Below are positions 10,562 through 23,516 of a DNA stretch of 64,000 nucleotides, in pieces; the stretch's first letter is position 1, and every line of letters begins with the position of its first letter. The position numbers were made by a program, and so were the translations under genes. The stretch covers positions 109,648,523 through 109,712,522 of the forward strand of contig NC_068986.1 of NCBI RefSeq assembly GCF_001194135.2, given 5' to 3'. The notes beneath the pieces were generated by a model. It searched no databases. It had not been told where the DNA came from and saw only the letters and a list, made by a program, of their open reading frames with translations. Source of the stretch: Octopus bimaculoides (Eukaryota).

Positions 10562-12736
10562 GAGTAAACACCACAAGGTATTTTCATTCATCGCAGCAGT
10601 TGATCAGCAATTTCTCATCAATGACAAGAATGTCCTCGGTGACTTGACATGGAAAGAACCAGAACGTCTCCCCCCACCCATATCCCTTGCTAGTAGAATC
10701 AGACTGTGCTTTCATTAACATCATTATGACAAGCCTCATTAAACAACAGCCAGTAATACAACATCATCATCAGCAGCAGCATAAACTGATGAGACTACTA
10801 CACTACTACTATTATTATTATCAACACAGCTGTAAAATGTCTCTTCAAACAAACCCCTGCCACTTCAAGTGGGGGCTGATCAGTTTATTTCAACTGTTAA
10901 TCCCTAGAAATAACATTCTTTCAAAACACAGAATGGATTTGTCAAAGAAACAAAAGTAAACAAGACGAAGCTTTGATAAAACTTTGACCAGATACAACAT
11001 TAGATTTATCTAATTATTTTTATATTGCAATTTGGAAATAATAATAACATTAAATGCATGTTCTTGAATGGACGGCCACCTGTTAATTAGATTTTCAATG
11101 GTGAAAGTGATGGGGGGAAGTGCTTGAATTTTAGCATTTCCAAAGCACTGGTTTCTTGTTTTCACACACACACACATGCATGCATGCGCACGTGCATGTG
11201 AGGGCTGATCAATAAGTATCTGGACTGTGGCCATAGTAACAAAGCTAAAGCAAGCAGAGTGAAGCCACTTGGCACAGACTGACCTTGAACTCTGCTGTGC
11301 ATATGCACTAAGTTTTAACGTTCTAGCTCACTTCTGCTGTTTACAGCAGTGCTTGGAAGGAAGGTGTGTAGCGTGTGTTCATCTCATTGACCATGACAGA
11401 AAGTTGAGCACAGAATCTGCATCAAATTTTACCAAAAGCTTGGTGGTACCTGCTCAGAGGCCTACGCAAAGTTTTCATAAAGTTTTCATTGGTCTCGACA
11501 CAATCAAGGAGATCTTTTATGCAACTGAAACCCAAGTGTCCTTTTCATCAGCTGAAAGCAATTTCGGCACAAACTTGGCAGACAAGTGTCTCAACCCAAA
11601 TCTTCAGTGATAATGGACTGAACTGAACCGTAATTAATCTGCACATCTTCTGATAACTCACAGATGGTGATTCGATGATTCCCCCTCACAGTTGTATGCA
11701 CATCTGTGATGTTTTTCTCAGTTCTGTTGGTTGTGGGTCTCCCAGAACATTCGTCAATATCAACATTTTTTCAGCCATCTTGGAAACGTTTGAACCACTT
11801 GTACACTTGTGTGCAGCTCATACACTCCTCTCCATACACTTTATGCAACTTTGCATAGGCCACTGAGCAGGTATCGCCATGACAGCTTTCTCTGTCGTGG
11901 TCAATGCGATGATCACACGCTACACACCTTCCTTCCAAGCAGTGCTGTAAACAGCAAAAGTGAGCCAGAAACTTAGTGCGCATGCACAGCAGAGTCCAAG
12001 GTCAATCTGTGCCAAGCAGCTTCACTCTGCGTGCTTTAGCTTTGTTACTATGGCAACAGTCTGGATACTTATTGATCAGCCCTCGTATGGTTCAAACATA
12101 CAAAAAACAGAAGACAGGTGAGTGAACAACAAACAAGTTTGGCATAAAAACCAATGGATTTGGAATGGTGTCTCTTGACATACACCAATTTGAGAGCCTT
12201 CCCTACCACTCTTGCCATTGAAAATCTAATTAACCAGTGATGATCCGTTCAAGAACATGCATTTAATGTCGTTATTATTCCCAAATTGCAATATAAAAAA
12301 TAACTCAAACTTTATCAAACAGTCTCTTGTTTATTTTTTGTTTCTTTAACAAATCCATTTGTGTTTTAAATGTTATTTCTAGGGATTAACAGTTGAAATA
12401 AACTGAGCAGCCCCCACTTGAAGTGGCAGGGGTTTGTTTGAAGAGACACTTTACAGCTGCGTTAATAATAATGATAATAATAATAGCAGCAGCAGCAGCA
12501 GTGGTAGTAGTAGTAGTCTCATCAATTTATGCTGATGACAATGATGATGTATTACTGGCTGTTGTTTAATGAGGTTTGTCATAATGAAAGTACAGTGTGA
12601 CTCTACTAGCAAGGGATATGGGGTGGGGAGGTGTTCTGGTTCTTTCCAAGTCAAGTCAGTGAGGACATTTTTGTTAATGGTGAGAAATTGCTGATCAATT
12701 GGTCAGTTGAATGAAAATACCTTGTGGTGTTTACTC
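10562..12736. repeat. Large nested inverted duplication (outer arms about 10562-11157 and 12145-12736)
   Basis: Colinear reverse-complement similarity over about 590 bp, e.g. exact 35-mer 10883-10917 versus 12369-12403, with matching ends gagtaaacaccacaaggtattttcattca / tgaatgaaaataccttgtggtgtttactc. Confidence 0.9.
11199..12085 (-). mobile_element. Mariner-derived element with two inverted 5' ends and a transposase N-terminal pseudogene
   Basis: Both ends read (ta/tg)(c/t)gagggctgatcaataagtatc. The minus strand encodes DTCSVAYAKLHKVYGEECMSCTQVYKWFKRFQDG*KNVDIDECSGRPTTNRTEKNITDVH...ITICELSEDVQINYGSVQSIITEDLG*...AKFVPKLLSADEKD, i.e. HTH motifs and a WVPHEL-equivalent linker. Confidence 0.9.
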
Positions 12737-12962
12737 AATGACTATGCTCTGGTCTAGACTATAATCAGCTATAAAATAGTCAGCTATTGTCACTGTGGTG
12801 GTGGTGGTGGTGGTGGTGGTATACACCTACACACAGGTAACCAGTTAAATGTTTAGAAAGGTACCTGGATCTTACACCTTGGATATATACTGTAGACAAA
12901 TGACAGAGCTGCTACAAGGCAGGTGTCAACCAGCTTAGAAATAACAGCCAAATTTACTTGAA

Positions 12963-13236
12963 ATTATGCTAGTGCCCCCTCCCACTGGCTCCTGTGCCCA
13001 TGGCATATAAAAAGCACCATCTGAATGTGGTTGATGCCAGTGCCGCCTGACTGGCTCCCATGCCGGTGGCACGTAAAAAGCACCCACTTCACTCTCAGAG
13101 TGGTTGGTGCTAGGAAGGGCATCCAGCTGTAGAAACCTTGCCAGATCAGATTGGGGCCTGGTGCAGCTTCCTGGCTTGCCAGCCCCCAATCAAACTGTCC
13201 AACCCATGCCAGCATGGAAAACAGACGTTAAACGAT
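12963..13236 (+). mobile_element. Family C repeat (RTE LINE 3' UTR-derived)
   Basis: tgccggtggcacgtaaaaagcaccc...ggaagggcatccagctgtagaaac...ccaacccatgccagcatggaaaacagacgttaaacgat. Confidence 0.8.
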
Positions 13237-14371
13237 GTAATGGTGATGATCTTAAAAAAAATGAATGAAACATTAGGTAACGTGATTTAGAATGTTCTGA
13301 AACTGAATAAAATACAGGATGGTCATATCTGGAATAATTTTGATAATAGAACTGCTCAATCAGAGTCGACCTTGTGTGAGGTTGGGTTTGGTTCTGTTTT
13401 GTTATGACAGAATAATCTAGGAATTGTCTGAATCCACAGACAGATCTACAAATCACAATCAACACCAAAGTCTAATGTTTTGATAAAATAAGGAATGACA
13501 AACCAGAACCAAGATATCTTTGAATTCTATGTTCACAATTGCCATCGACTTCACCATTTACAGAGTTTTTCTTTTTGTATTTCTCTAAATTTGTATTTTG
13601 GACATTGTGAGTGAAAACCCAAATTTTTATCTAAGTTTCTCACCCACACGACTGGACATGGTTCAGCTCTTAGAAAGATAAATTATTTTAAAGAATTAAC
13701 ATTTTTCATCCTCAAATGTGATTTTACATTTTTTAAAATTAAAGATTTTTTAGAGGTGTGGGGCACGGATATGGGAGGGGACTCCTGTTTTTAAGTGTTG
13801 TTGTTACTGTTTTTATTAACACCGAGTCAGCTTTTATTGAACAAATTTCTCATCAATGGTGTTCCAAATATGACCCTCTTGTCTTTTTGTATATCTAATA
13901 TCCAGGATTACATTCTGTAAATTGTCCTTCTTCTTTTGTTTAAGATGGTTAGGGTGGGGAGGGGGACATAGGTGGAGGGGGACAGAGAAGCAGGGAAAGA
14001 GGAGGAGGGACAAACGAGGGGAGGGGGAGAGGAGGAGGAGGAGGAGGTAAAGTGTTTATGGAAGAGTTGAAATTTTGCAAAGACAGGTGTTCAATGGAAC
14101 ATTAAAAATCGTTTTAATGTTTCTAAATTTTATCAACATAATTGTCTTCTTAAATTTACTTTGTATCAAACTTTATTTTAAAATAATAAGTATTTTTCTT
14201 TCGAAAATTAGTAATTCATTTCATCATTTTGTATGAACACCAAGAAACAGGATAAAAACTAACTAACTGTAACATCTGCCATATTTCCTGATAATAACCA
14301 TGGTGGTAAAAGTATACTTCCAAAGTTAGCCATTCTAAGTAATTATCCTCACCACCACCACCACCACCACC

Positions 14372-14530
14372 ATCATTTAAAGTCCATCTTCATGGTTTGA
14401 CTAGAACTGATGAATGCCAGAACTGTGCCAAGTTTCAATCTCTGTGTTGACACAGTTTCTATGGCTGAATGCCCTTCCTAACATCAACCACTTCACAGTG
14501 TACAGATGCTTTTTAAGTGGCACCAACATT
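14372..14530 (-). mobile_element. Family C repeat, degenerate
   Basis: Reverse complement of the gaagggcattcagccatagaaac tail. Confidence 0.6.
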
Positions 14531-14937
14531 AGAAGGGTCACCAAGTAACACACAAGATCCCTCAACCAGGACAGGAGATGTAGTGGTTGAGTTACAATGA
14601 TTGATTAGTTAGTGTTGTGTTGTAGACTGGGTTTCACCATAGATGGATGGAGTGGAGGAGTTAAACAACAATGAAAAAGATGAGTCCATCTCTCGTTACA
14701 TCATTAACAATCTATTAATAGTAATAACAATAGGGCTGAAATTTGGGGGAGATGGTAGCAAATCAACCCCAGTAGTTTACTGGTATTTATTTTATCAACC
14801 CAGAAAGAGAGAAAGGCCTAGTCTACCTCAGTGACATTTGAATTAAGAATGTAACACTAGAATAAATATTGCTAAGCATTTTCTCCAGCATGCTAACAAT
14901 TTTGCCTGCTTCCTGCCGGAATGATGTTAATAATAAT

Positions 14938-15154
14938 TGTTTCTAATTTTGGTACAAGGTTAGGAATTTGAAGGAGAGAGAACAAGTCGATTACATCAAC
15001 CCTTGTACTTGACTGGTACTTTATTTTATCAGCTCTGAAAGGATGAAAGGTAAAGTTAACCTTGAAGGAATTGGAACTCAGGATGTTAGGAGTTGGAAGA
15101 ATTACCATAAAATATTTTTCCAACGTGTTAACTATTCTGCCAACTCACCACCAC
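14938..15154 (-). mobile_element. tRNA-derived SINE family B, degenerate
   Basis: Reverse complement of ggtggtgagttggcagaat...tttcatcctttcag...taaagtaccagt. Confidence 0.7.
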
Positions 15155-16404
15155 CTAATAATATGCGAGGCCATGCACTGTTTATCTTGATATGAGATCA
15201 CAATGTAGCGCACATATGGTTGTGATGCATGTGCCTGGTGTACCCATATCAGACGGGTAGTCATGATGGGTATACTGGGCTTCGTATATTTTACCCCAGT
15301 GTCACTTTGATGGCATGCACTGCTCTCTCACTCAATAATAACAATAATAATAATAATAGTTATTATTATTATTGTTATTATTATTTCAAACTTTTGTTAC
15401 AAGGGCAGTTTGGGGGAGTTGCGTGTCACTCTAGGACATATAGCAATAATGGTAATTCTGTCCCTAGTAACAGATTTGACTTCATAGGTGCACAGCCTGT
15501 TAGTTACTTTTACTATTTGGTCAGTTCATCTTTACAATTCAGTATTATATAAAAAATGAGATTAAAACATGCAAATGACCTTCACTAAGCAACACCATAC
15601 AAATCACAAGCCTGCAGAATATAAAGAGTGTCATCCACCAGTTGTTACTCCTCTGACCACAACATTCTGTACAATGATGTCCCTGTCTACTTGGTACACC
15701 TATGCCATTCCACATGTGGTTCATTTGACAATATCATTACTTGATCACCTTCCTTCCCAATACAAGAAGAGCCCGGTGGAACTCTCTCCTAACCCACACT
15801 TCCCAACAGACATCCATGCAGAAGTATGAACTGGACATCAACAACAACTTTGCTAGTTTGTGTAGTGGTGGAGAGAGAGAGTTATGGACACTGCACCTAC
15901 TACTCAAAATTATACACAACTTAAATCGTTATCACTAGCAACCCACCTGAGATTGGGCCTTAATTCCACGATACAGACTTTCTATTTTAAAAGGATCTAA
16001 ATTAAAACTTCCAACAAAATCCTATTTTCATTTATGTTCCAAACTCCAATTCTAATGGCAGTGTATTTCAACAGAAATATGGTAACAAAAGAGTTAAGGA
16101 GAGCCATAGAGACAATAGCTTTCCCAGTAAATACGAAACCACTATCTCTTTCTAGAGGAAAAAGAAAGCAAATATTCCCATTCTTTGTCTGTCTGTTTGG
16201 TATAATGCTAAGAAGATACCTTGGCAAGCTATTCAGACACATTTAATGCATGGTGGTAAGGGAACAATTCTATAAAGTCTGTCTCCCACAAACAATATGA
16301 AAATCTCAGCCTATGACAATACATTAAATCTCAGCCGTGTGACTAAATGGAGGGTTCTCCATATGTTATGTAACTTGTGGACTGTTTATATAGACATGCA
16401 TATG

Positions 16405-16435
<31 letters not shown>

Positions 16436-16647
16436 TAGGAATGCTATGACTCTGTACCTGCCTACAGCTAATACTTGGTTTCTAAGCAAAGACTTATGCA
16501 AATCTTTGGTTGTTCATATAAATTATATAATGCAGCTATCTAGGTTAACTAAATAAACAGAAAGGACTTTCTACTTTGTGCTTTGAGGATCTTGTTTGGG
16601 TCAGACAGGGTCAAATGCCAGTTGTTGCTGTTAGCTTTAATCCTAAC

Positions 16648-16747
16648 CTGAACTCTTTGTAAGTGGAAGAAGTTATTGTCAGGTTATTGTTGAGATAATT
16701 AGCAACAAAAACAGATGTCATGGGCTCTGATGAATGCATTTCAGTGG
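16648..16747 (-). CDS. Candidate 100-nt internal exon, product unknown (TEMHSSEPMTSVFVANYLNNNLTITSSTYKEF)
   Basis: Long pyrimidine tract ctctcttccctctgtttcctcctattcatttctattcAG, an open frame, and a donor-like cag|GTtagg; no homology recognised. Confidence 0.25.
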
Positions 16748-17421
16748 CTGAATAGAAATGAATAGGAGGAAACAGAGGGAAGAGAGAACAATTATTGATA
16801 TCCGAGGCATTGTTCGGTTGGAATGTTAGCTGTAGCAGTTTGGTATGTATCTTCAAAAATTCCTTTGAAGATACAAAACCAATACATAACTACTTTAGAA
16901 ATCTTGAATCTTAAACAAACAGAGAATTCAATAAAAAAAATAGATTAGTTACTGGAGAGAAATGTCAAGAGAAAAGAGGAATTAACCTGATTCAATTTGA
17001 ATATTAATGAAGATATCAAGTTTTTTTTTTGTTCCAGGAGTAACTTGTAAACCTTCTAAATATCTCAATAAAACAATGGTTAAATTGAAGAGCTCTGCTC
17101 AAATAGTTACAGGATATTCTTTGGCATTCCTTCAGTATTGGTCTATAGAGTGTCAGTGAGAAGACAACATCATTCTGCCTCGACTATGTTATGAGGGAAG
17201 GTTGTCTGGGTGAATGGCATCATGTACCAATACTGAAGGATGACCCATTCTTTTAATTATAAATGTCACCAATACACCAGAAAAGACACATCAAGGTTGG
17301 TATTTAATGTTGCCTTCATGATATTAATCAGATGAGAGATAAATTACCCCTGGATATAATATTAATCTAAGAGAGATTCTATGAAGATCTTGTTCCCGTT
17401 TGTCTGCTGCAGCAAGTTCAC

Positions 17422-17461
17422 CTGAGACGTGTAAGGTTAAATAAGGCCTGCATTCATGACC
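17422..17461 (-). CDS. Candidate 40-nt microexon (GHECRPYLTLHVS)
   Basis: tttctgacttatAG|...ctcag|GTgaac; only one frame is open, and it is phase-compatible with 16648-16747. Confidence 0.12.
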
Positions 17462-17672
17462 CTATAAGTCAGAAAGCATGAGGGAATGCAATCACCCTCT
17501 CAAGTTCAAGTGAAAGAATGGAGAAAATTCAAGCAAAACAACAAAAATAATAGAGAAAATAAACAAAAAAAAATCTAACAAACTAACAATGATGACAATT
17601 TAATTACTGATTAATCTTGTTAATGGTCAACAAAAATTTGTGATAAACAGCTTCTTTAAATTTGTCTACATT

Positions 17673-17888
17673 AGGTTGGTGAGCTAACAGAACCATTAAC
17701 ATAGTGGGAAAAATGCTGCTAAGCATTTTGTCTGTCTTTACATTCCAAGTTCAGATTCCACCAAGATCAACTTTGTCTTTCATTCTTTTGGGGTCAATAA
17801 AATAAGTTTTAGTTGAGCATTGGGGCTGATATCATAGACTTGCCCTCCCCACTGGAAATTTCAAGCCTTGTGTCTACAGTAGAAAAAA
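17673..17888 (+). mobile_element. SINE family B, degenerate
   Basis: ggtgagctaacagaacc...gatcaactttgtctttcattcttttggggtcaataaaataag. Confidence 0.7.
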
Positions 17889-18316
17889 ATTATTTTAAAA
17901 ACGAATGGACTTAACTCCCTTGTTACACTATAGTCTTGTTTACATTCCATACTGAAAACACCAGAATTTTCCAGTGTTCTTAAATTTAATCTTTGATGAA
18001 ATCATGTTTGAATGAGTTCTGGGGATGGGGTTTTTTTTTTTGTGGGGAAGTAACCCAATTTTTTAATGGCAATTTTGTAATGAGGGTGAGATAACCAAAA
18101 AGTATCAATAGTTTCATTGGAGAGTATTGTAGTTCGCTTGAAGCATTGTAAAGAATAAAAAGTTTTGAATAGTACAACAATGCACTATAATACAAAAAAA
18201 ATGGACTATATACTTGTTGTAATTTAATCATCCATAGTCCGATGATATTTCGGAATACAATTCCTTCTTCAGATATTCTTAGATGGAGTCTCTGCTATAA
18301 ACTGTTTTCCAACGAC

Positions 18317-18545
18317 TTTTCTTTTCTACTCTTGGCACAAGGCCCGAAATTTTGGAGGAGGTGAGGAGGTAGGAAGTCGATTAGATCGACCCCAGTACAC
18401 AACTGGTACTTAATTTATAATCGACCCCAAAAGGATGAAAGGCAAAGTTGACCCCAGCAGAATTTGAACTCAGAACGTAACAGCAGACGAAATACTGCTA
18501 AACATTTTGCCTGGCGTGCTAACATTTCTGCCATCTCACCGCCTT
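18317..18545 (-). mobile_element. SINE family B
   Basis: Reverse complement of the family B consensus (gaccccaaaaggatgaaaggcaaagttgacc; gaatttgaactcagaacgtaa). Confidence 0.85.
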
Positions 18546-19189
18546 TTAGTTTTATTGATCAAGGAAAACATTGATTAACACTATATCAGTCTCTCTCCCT
18601 CTCTCTCTCTCTCTCTCTCCAGTGTGTATTTCATTTTTGTTGGACATCAAATCCAAATGGTGTTCACTAAATCTCATGGAAAATAAATCAAAAAACATAC
18701 AAACAGTTTTATTGAAAATACATGAAATGTTACAGAAAAAATGTGGCCAGCAAATAAATTTCAATTACAAAGATTCCGGCCACACCGTGACTTTTAACCC
18801 ATTAGTATTCAAACTGACCATTAGTATTCAAACTGTTATATGCAAACTGGCCAGATCCAGCTGCTCACACCTACCCTACAATATCTAAAAATAAATAACT
18901 GCATCATTGAAATGTTGAAGCTACAAGATGAAGTTTCACTAAATCAAAACTGAATAAATATGAGAAAGTCATGATGCAGTCAACAAAGAAATGTTTCAGA
19001 CAAAGAAGGGAGTAGCAGTGATGAAACTGATATATTATCTCTAACCTACAACAATAGTGATAATCAGGATATCATAAACATATCTGGAGTCTCTATAGAG
19101 GTTGGCGACACCAAACCTGAAAATATTTCAAGTAAGAATGACAAGAATGACCTAAAAGTAACCCATGAATCTCCCTTCATGTTGCTGTG

Positions 19190-20580
19190 TCCTCAAAACA
19201 AAACCACAAAAGCTGGACCAAATCAACCAGTTTTGTCACAATATGAATAAAAAAATTGGTAAAGAATCTAGTTTCAGGTATGGTTAAACCCTTTTGATAC
19301 CAACCCAGCTGAAACAAGCTCTGGTGCTGTAATACAAATATGTCTTGTTTTCATAAGTTTTGAATTAAAATCTTCCACCAAACCTTAGTCACAATTTATG
19401 TTCCTAACACCAGCTTAATGATAACTAAATTATTTTACTAAATTCTTTGTTATATTTAAAATTAATTGAAAGAAACACAGAGCATCTCAAAATAAATACA
19501 GTAACAAAAGGGTTAAATCTTATCCTTTGTTTACCAATAAATTAAATGTTAAACTCTGAGTTACTCTTGTAAGGTTTTCATGCACGGAAGCACAGATAGT
19601 TTTGAAAACTGGAAGAAGGCAAACTGGTTCACAAAGCATATGAAGAATGCTTGCCATCCATTAGCAGGTCATGATGAAGTGAAACAGCCAAGCATAAAAT
19701 GTTGGTTTGAAGTGAACTAAAAAACTATTGTGTTATATACAGAGGCAGGAAGTAGTGCAGAACCAAGAACACTTGACAATTACTACCAAAACTCAGTTTG
19801 CTCACTACCCAACAAAACATTAGTTCAAGGAAGCCATACAGAAGACTGCAGTAAATTAGGCAGAGATATTTTGGGACTTCTGTATTTATAGTCAAAGAAT
19901 ATTTCTCAGGAGCAAAACAGGAAAGTTTGTTAGATGCAACTATGCAGTGGACTTCACCTACTGTCTGAAACTGAGATCGTAGCAAATGATTTTAAAACGG
20001 TGTTCAAGATATTCCATTACGTTTGAGGAAATGTCAGACATTCACAGGACTGAACAAGTAACCCTAAAGTTCATTGAAGGAAAGTCAAAGAGTTTTTGTC
20101 AGATTTTAATAACACCAACAGAAATAAGTTTTCTCAACAAACTGAAATGGCTAAAATTACTAAAGAAACATTTGATGCTCAGCAACTAAGAACAATTTGC
20201 TTGTTGGAATTTTGCAACAAGAATAAAAGAATGGTTTCTGTTTTCCTTTTATGTTCATTGTTATGAACACAAGCCAAATCTTGCTATCTAGGATACTGAA
20301 CCATTCCACAACATCTTGGGTACAAATAAGAGCCGCTATAACTTTATAGAGCTCAGTCTCAAATGACATGAAATCTCTGAGAAAATCAAAGTCAATGTTG
20401 CTGTTACAGGAATGACGTTCATGGTGCACATGCAGTCTTTTGGTATCTTGGTATTATTCCTGCAAAATCATATTCTACAGACTGCTCCTTTGGTAGCCTC
20501 AGATCAATGAAGACCTTTCTGAGGAGTGCAAGGGGTCAAACATGACCCAACACTGTGGCAACACTAAATATTGAGCAAAA
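19190..20580 (+). mobile_element. Decayed, internally deleted hAT-superfamily transposase
   Basis: Motifs in the correct order: GPNQPVLSQY (about 19215), DSFENWKKANWFTKHMKNACH (about 19600, zinc-finger region), RYSITFEEMSDIHRTEQVTL (about 20010, first catalytic Asp region), and GIIPAKSYSTDCSFGSLRSMKTFLRSARGQT*PNTVATLNIEQ (20450-20578, hAT C-terminal dimerisation domain-like). Confidence 0.8.
19284..19516. mobile_element. piggyBac-type MITE (family 1) inserted in the hAT relic
   Basis: TTAA-acccttttgatac ... gtaacaaaaggg-TTAA; an inverted homolog lies at 32343-32572. Confidence 0.8.
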
Positions 20581-21560
20581 GAATGACAAGGTATTGACTA
20601 AATGCTGATCATATAACGAGTTATTAAATGAGTTTAATATGTAATTTGCATTGGCATGACCTACCCAGGATCCCACTGACACATCCACTCAGGCATTTTT
20701 ATTGGAATCCCTGGATGAGACACTTTAAGTCATTTACTTCAAGAAATGGAAGCAAGAAATTCTGAAATTTATTTATTTCCATTCACAATAAAAACACCTT
20801 TTCTTATTATTAGAAACTAGACAAGAGTGTTACTACCTGTCCGTTACCTGTCTTATGCCAACAGGTAACTTTGTGTGTATACTTCTGCCATGGCATACAT
20901 ACAATAATTATAGCTTAACTTTTATCATATTTCTGGGTGCTTATACAAAATGATGAAATGAATAGGAATTTTCAAAAAACATAAATAAATACTTATTAAA
21001 ACAAATTTCTCGTTTGTACAACTTGCTCCTTAACTACCCTGTAATTTACTTCTCCTCCTCCTCCTGCAATGTGTCTCTGATTCTTTCTCCCTACTCATCC
21101 TGCACCTCTTAGGTTAACCTCTCTACCTGTCCTTTACTCTCTCTACAATGTCAATTTGTGATCGAGGAAAATCAACCAACAAACATTTACATTAGTTATT
21201 CATCATCATCATCGTTTAACGTCATTATTATTATTATATAGCGATATCAACCCTTTTAATACAAAGCTGTCCAACATTGCCCTGGATGTATGATACAAAC
21301 TTGCTGTTTTAAAGTGATCTAAATTCAAACCTTCCACCAAAATTTCATGTTCGCTTATATTTCATACACCAACATAATATGGTGGCAGTTTTACAAAATA
21401 CTTCAACAAAAGCTGTTGTATTTCAACAGAAACATACCAAAAGGAATAAAGGGCTCTTTGCTTTGAACGAACAAGTCCTTAATGATATTTGCTCGACCTA
21501 CTGGAAAATGTTTCCTTCAGACTATACATTCTTTTTAAAAAATTAAGGACTCGTTAGATA

Positions 21561-21776
21561 ATCCTTTCTACTGTACACACAAGGCCTGAAATTTGGGGGG
21601 AAGGGATCAGTTGATTGCATCGACCCCAGTGTTTCACTGGTACTTAGTTTATCGACCCCAAAAGGACGGAAGGCAAAGACGACCTCGGTGGAATTTGAAC
21701 TCAGAACGTAACGGCAGACGAAATACCGTTAAGCATTTCGCCCGGCGTGCTAATGATTCTGCCACCTCGCCGCCTT
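21561..21776 (-). mobile_element. SINE family B, well preserved
   Basis: CpG-retaining copy: gacctcggtggaatttgaactcagaacgtaacggcagacgaaataccgttaagcatttcgcccggcgtgc. Confidence 0.85.
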
Positions 21777-22132
21777 GTAGACTCATTAGATAATGGAGTT
21801 CTAAATGCATGATGCCTGAAAACAGAACAAGGAATGGTTATGTCTGAAGCACCTTTCAATCAGGAGACACACAGACACACGTGTATACAACAAGTGTTTT
21901 AAGGTCATTTCCCCTGCTAAAACAGAATAAGACTTATAACCCCTTTTCTCAGTCTTGCCCTATGTTGTAACTCCCCACTATCTAACCCTTTTTGCTCTTA
22001 TACCCTCCTTCAGCATCCTTCATCTTATTCTTAGTTTTTCCTTCCTCTACTTCCTTCTATATTTATTTTCACCACTCAAACTCACCCACTCTGTGTGTGT
22101 GTGTGTGTCTGTGTGTGTGTGTCTGTGTGTGT

Positions 22133-22168
<36 letters not shown>

Positions 22169-22394
22169 AAATACAACAGCACTTGTGAGTGTGTTCTTGT
22201 GCCTGTGAAGGTCACCACAGTCTTTCTCATGATGAAACCATTAAAAGGTAAAGAAAGAAAATTAAAAAACAATACTCTATTGTTCTTTTACAGAGAAAAA
22301 TAACATGGAATTCTCTTACAGATTTGTTTTGGGAATGACTGTCTCCTCATGGAAGATGTACACTTATGCTTCTGCTATTCATTGAACTCTTCAT

Positions 22395-22760
22395 CATCCT
22401 TATTTAACATCTGTTTTCCATGCTGGCATGGGTTGAACAGCTTGACAGGAACTGCCCCAAAGTTCCATAGTCGGTTTTGGTTTGGTTTCTATGGCTGAGT
22501 GCCCTTCCTGATGCCAACCTCATCACAAAGTGTACTGGATGCTTTTTATGTGGCAGAAGCACCCACACCAATGCTTTTTTGCATGGCACTGTGGTTTTAG
22601 GATATCAATTCTGTTGTGGTGGGCAGGTCTTCTTGAGTGCAACAATGCACCACATACCTCGGTCCTCTGTCATCTTCATAAGGCCCAACATTTTGAGATT
22701 AGCCTCAAATACTTCTGTCCCATATCTTCCTGGGTATCCCACTTCCTCATGCATACAATC
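22395..22760 (-). mobile_element. RTE LINE 3' fragment (ORF C-terminus plus family C tail)
   Basis: The minus strand reads an RTE-like ...PRKIW...LKMLGLMKMTEDRGMW, followed by the family C 3' UTR. Confidence 0.6.
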
Positions 22761-22979
22761 ATTTTAATGTCCACTTTTCCATCCCTGCATAGTTCAGACA
22801 GAATTTTTTGAGGCAGTTCTTCTATGGCCAGACACCCTTCCTGTCACCAACCCTTACCTGTTTCCAAACAAAGTAATATTTTCTATGGCCAAACATGTTT
22901 TATACGGAAGATGGAATTAACGACACCATTTGTATGAGCAATGCTTATTTACAACTGTCATGTGAAGTCAAGACAAGGG

Positions 22980-23090
<111 letters not shown>

Positions 23091-23516
23091 GTTGCTTTCA
23101 GTTTGATGAGATTTTGATTGGTCCAAGTCAATAACAGAAAACTCTTGCCCAAGGTGTCATACAGTGGAACTGAACTTAAACCCACATGATCAGGAAGTAG
23201 GCAGCCATACTTGTGCCATATATATAACACATGTTAGTGTCTCCTTTTTACACGAATTTAAAAATAGCAGAGCTTTTCCTGTTATATCCCCTTTAGGTCA
23301 CAAAGGAACAACTCCCCCAAACAGACCAATAAATACCAGCCTAAAATAAAACCCTGAATTGGTTAGAATTGACTAAAACAATGAAGGGAGTACTGCAACC
23401 TCATGAATGAAACTAGAGAGATGAAGATCTTTGGATGAAAATCTTTGAAACACATACATGTATACAAAAAAGAAAATATACACAAGGCTATGTATACATA
23501 TATTTGCACACACACA

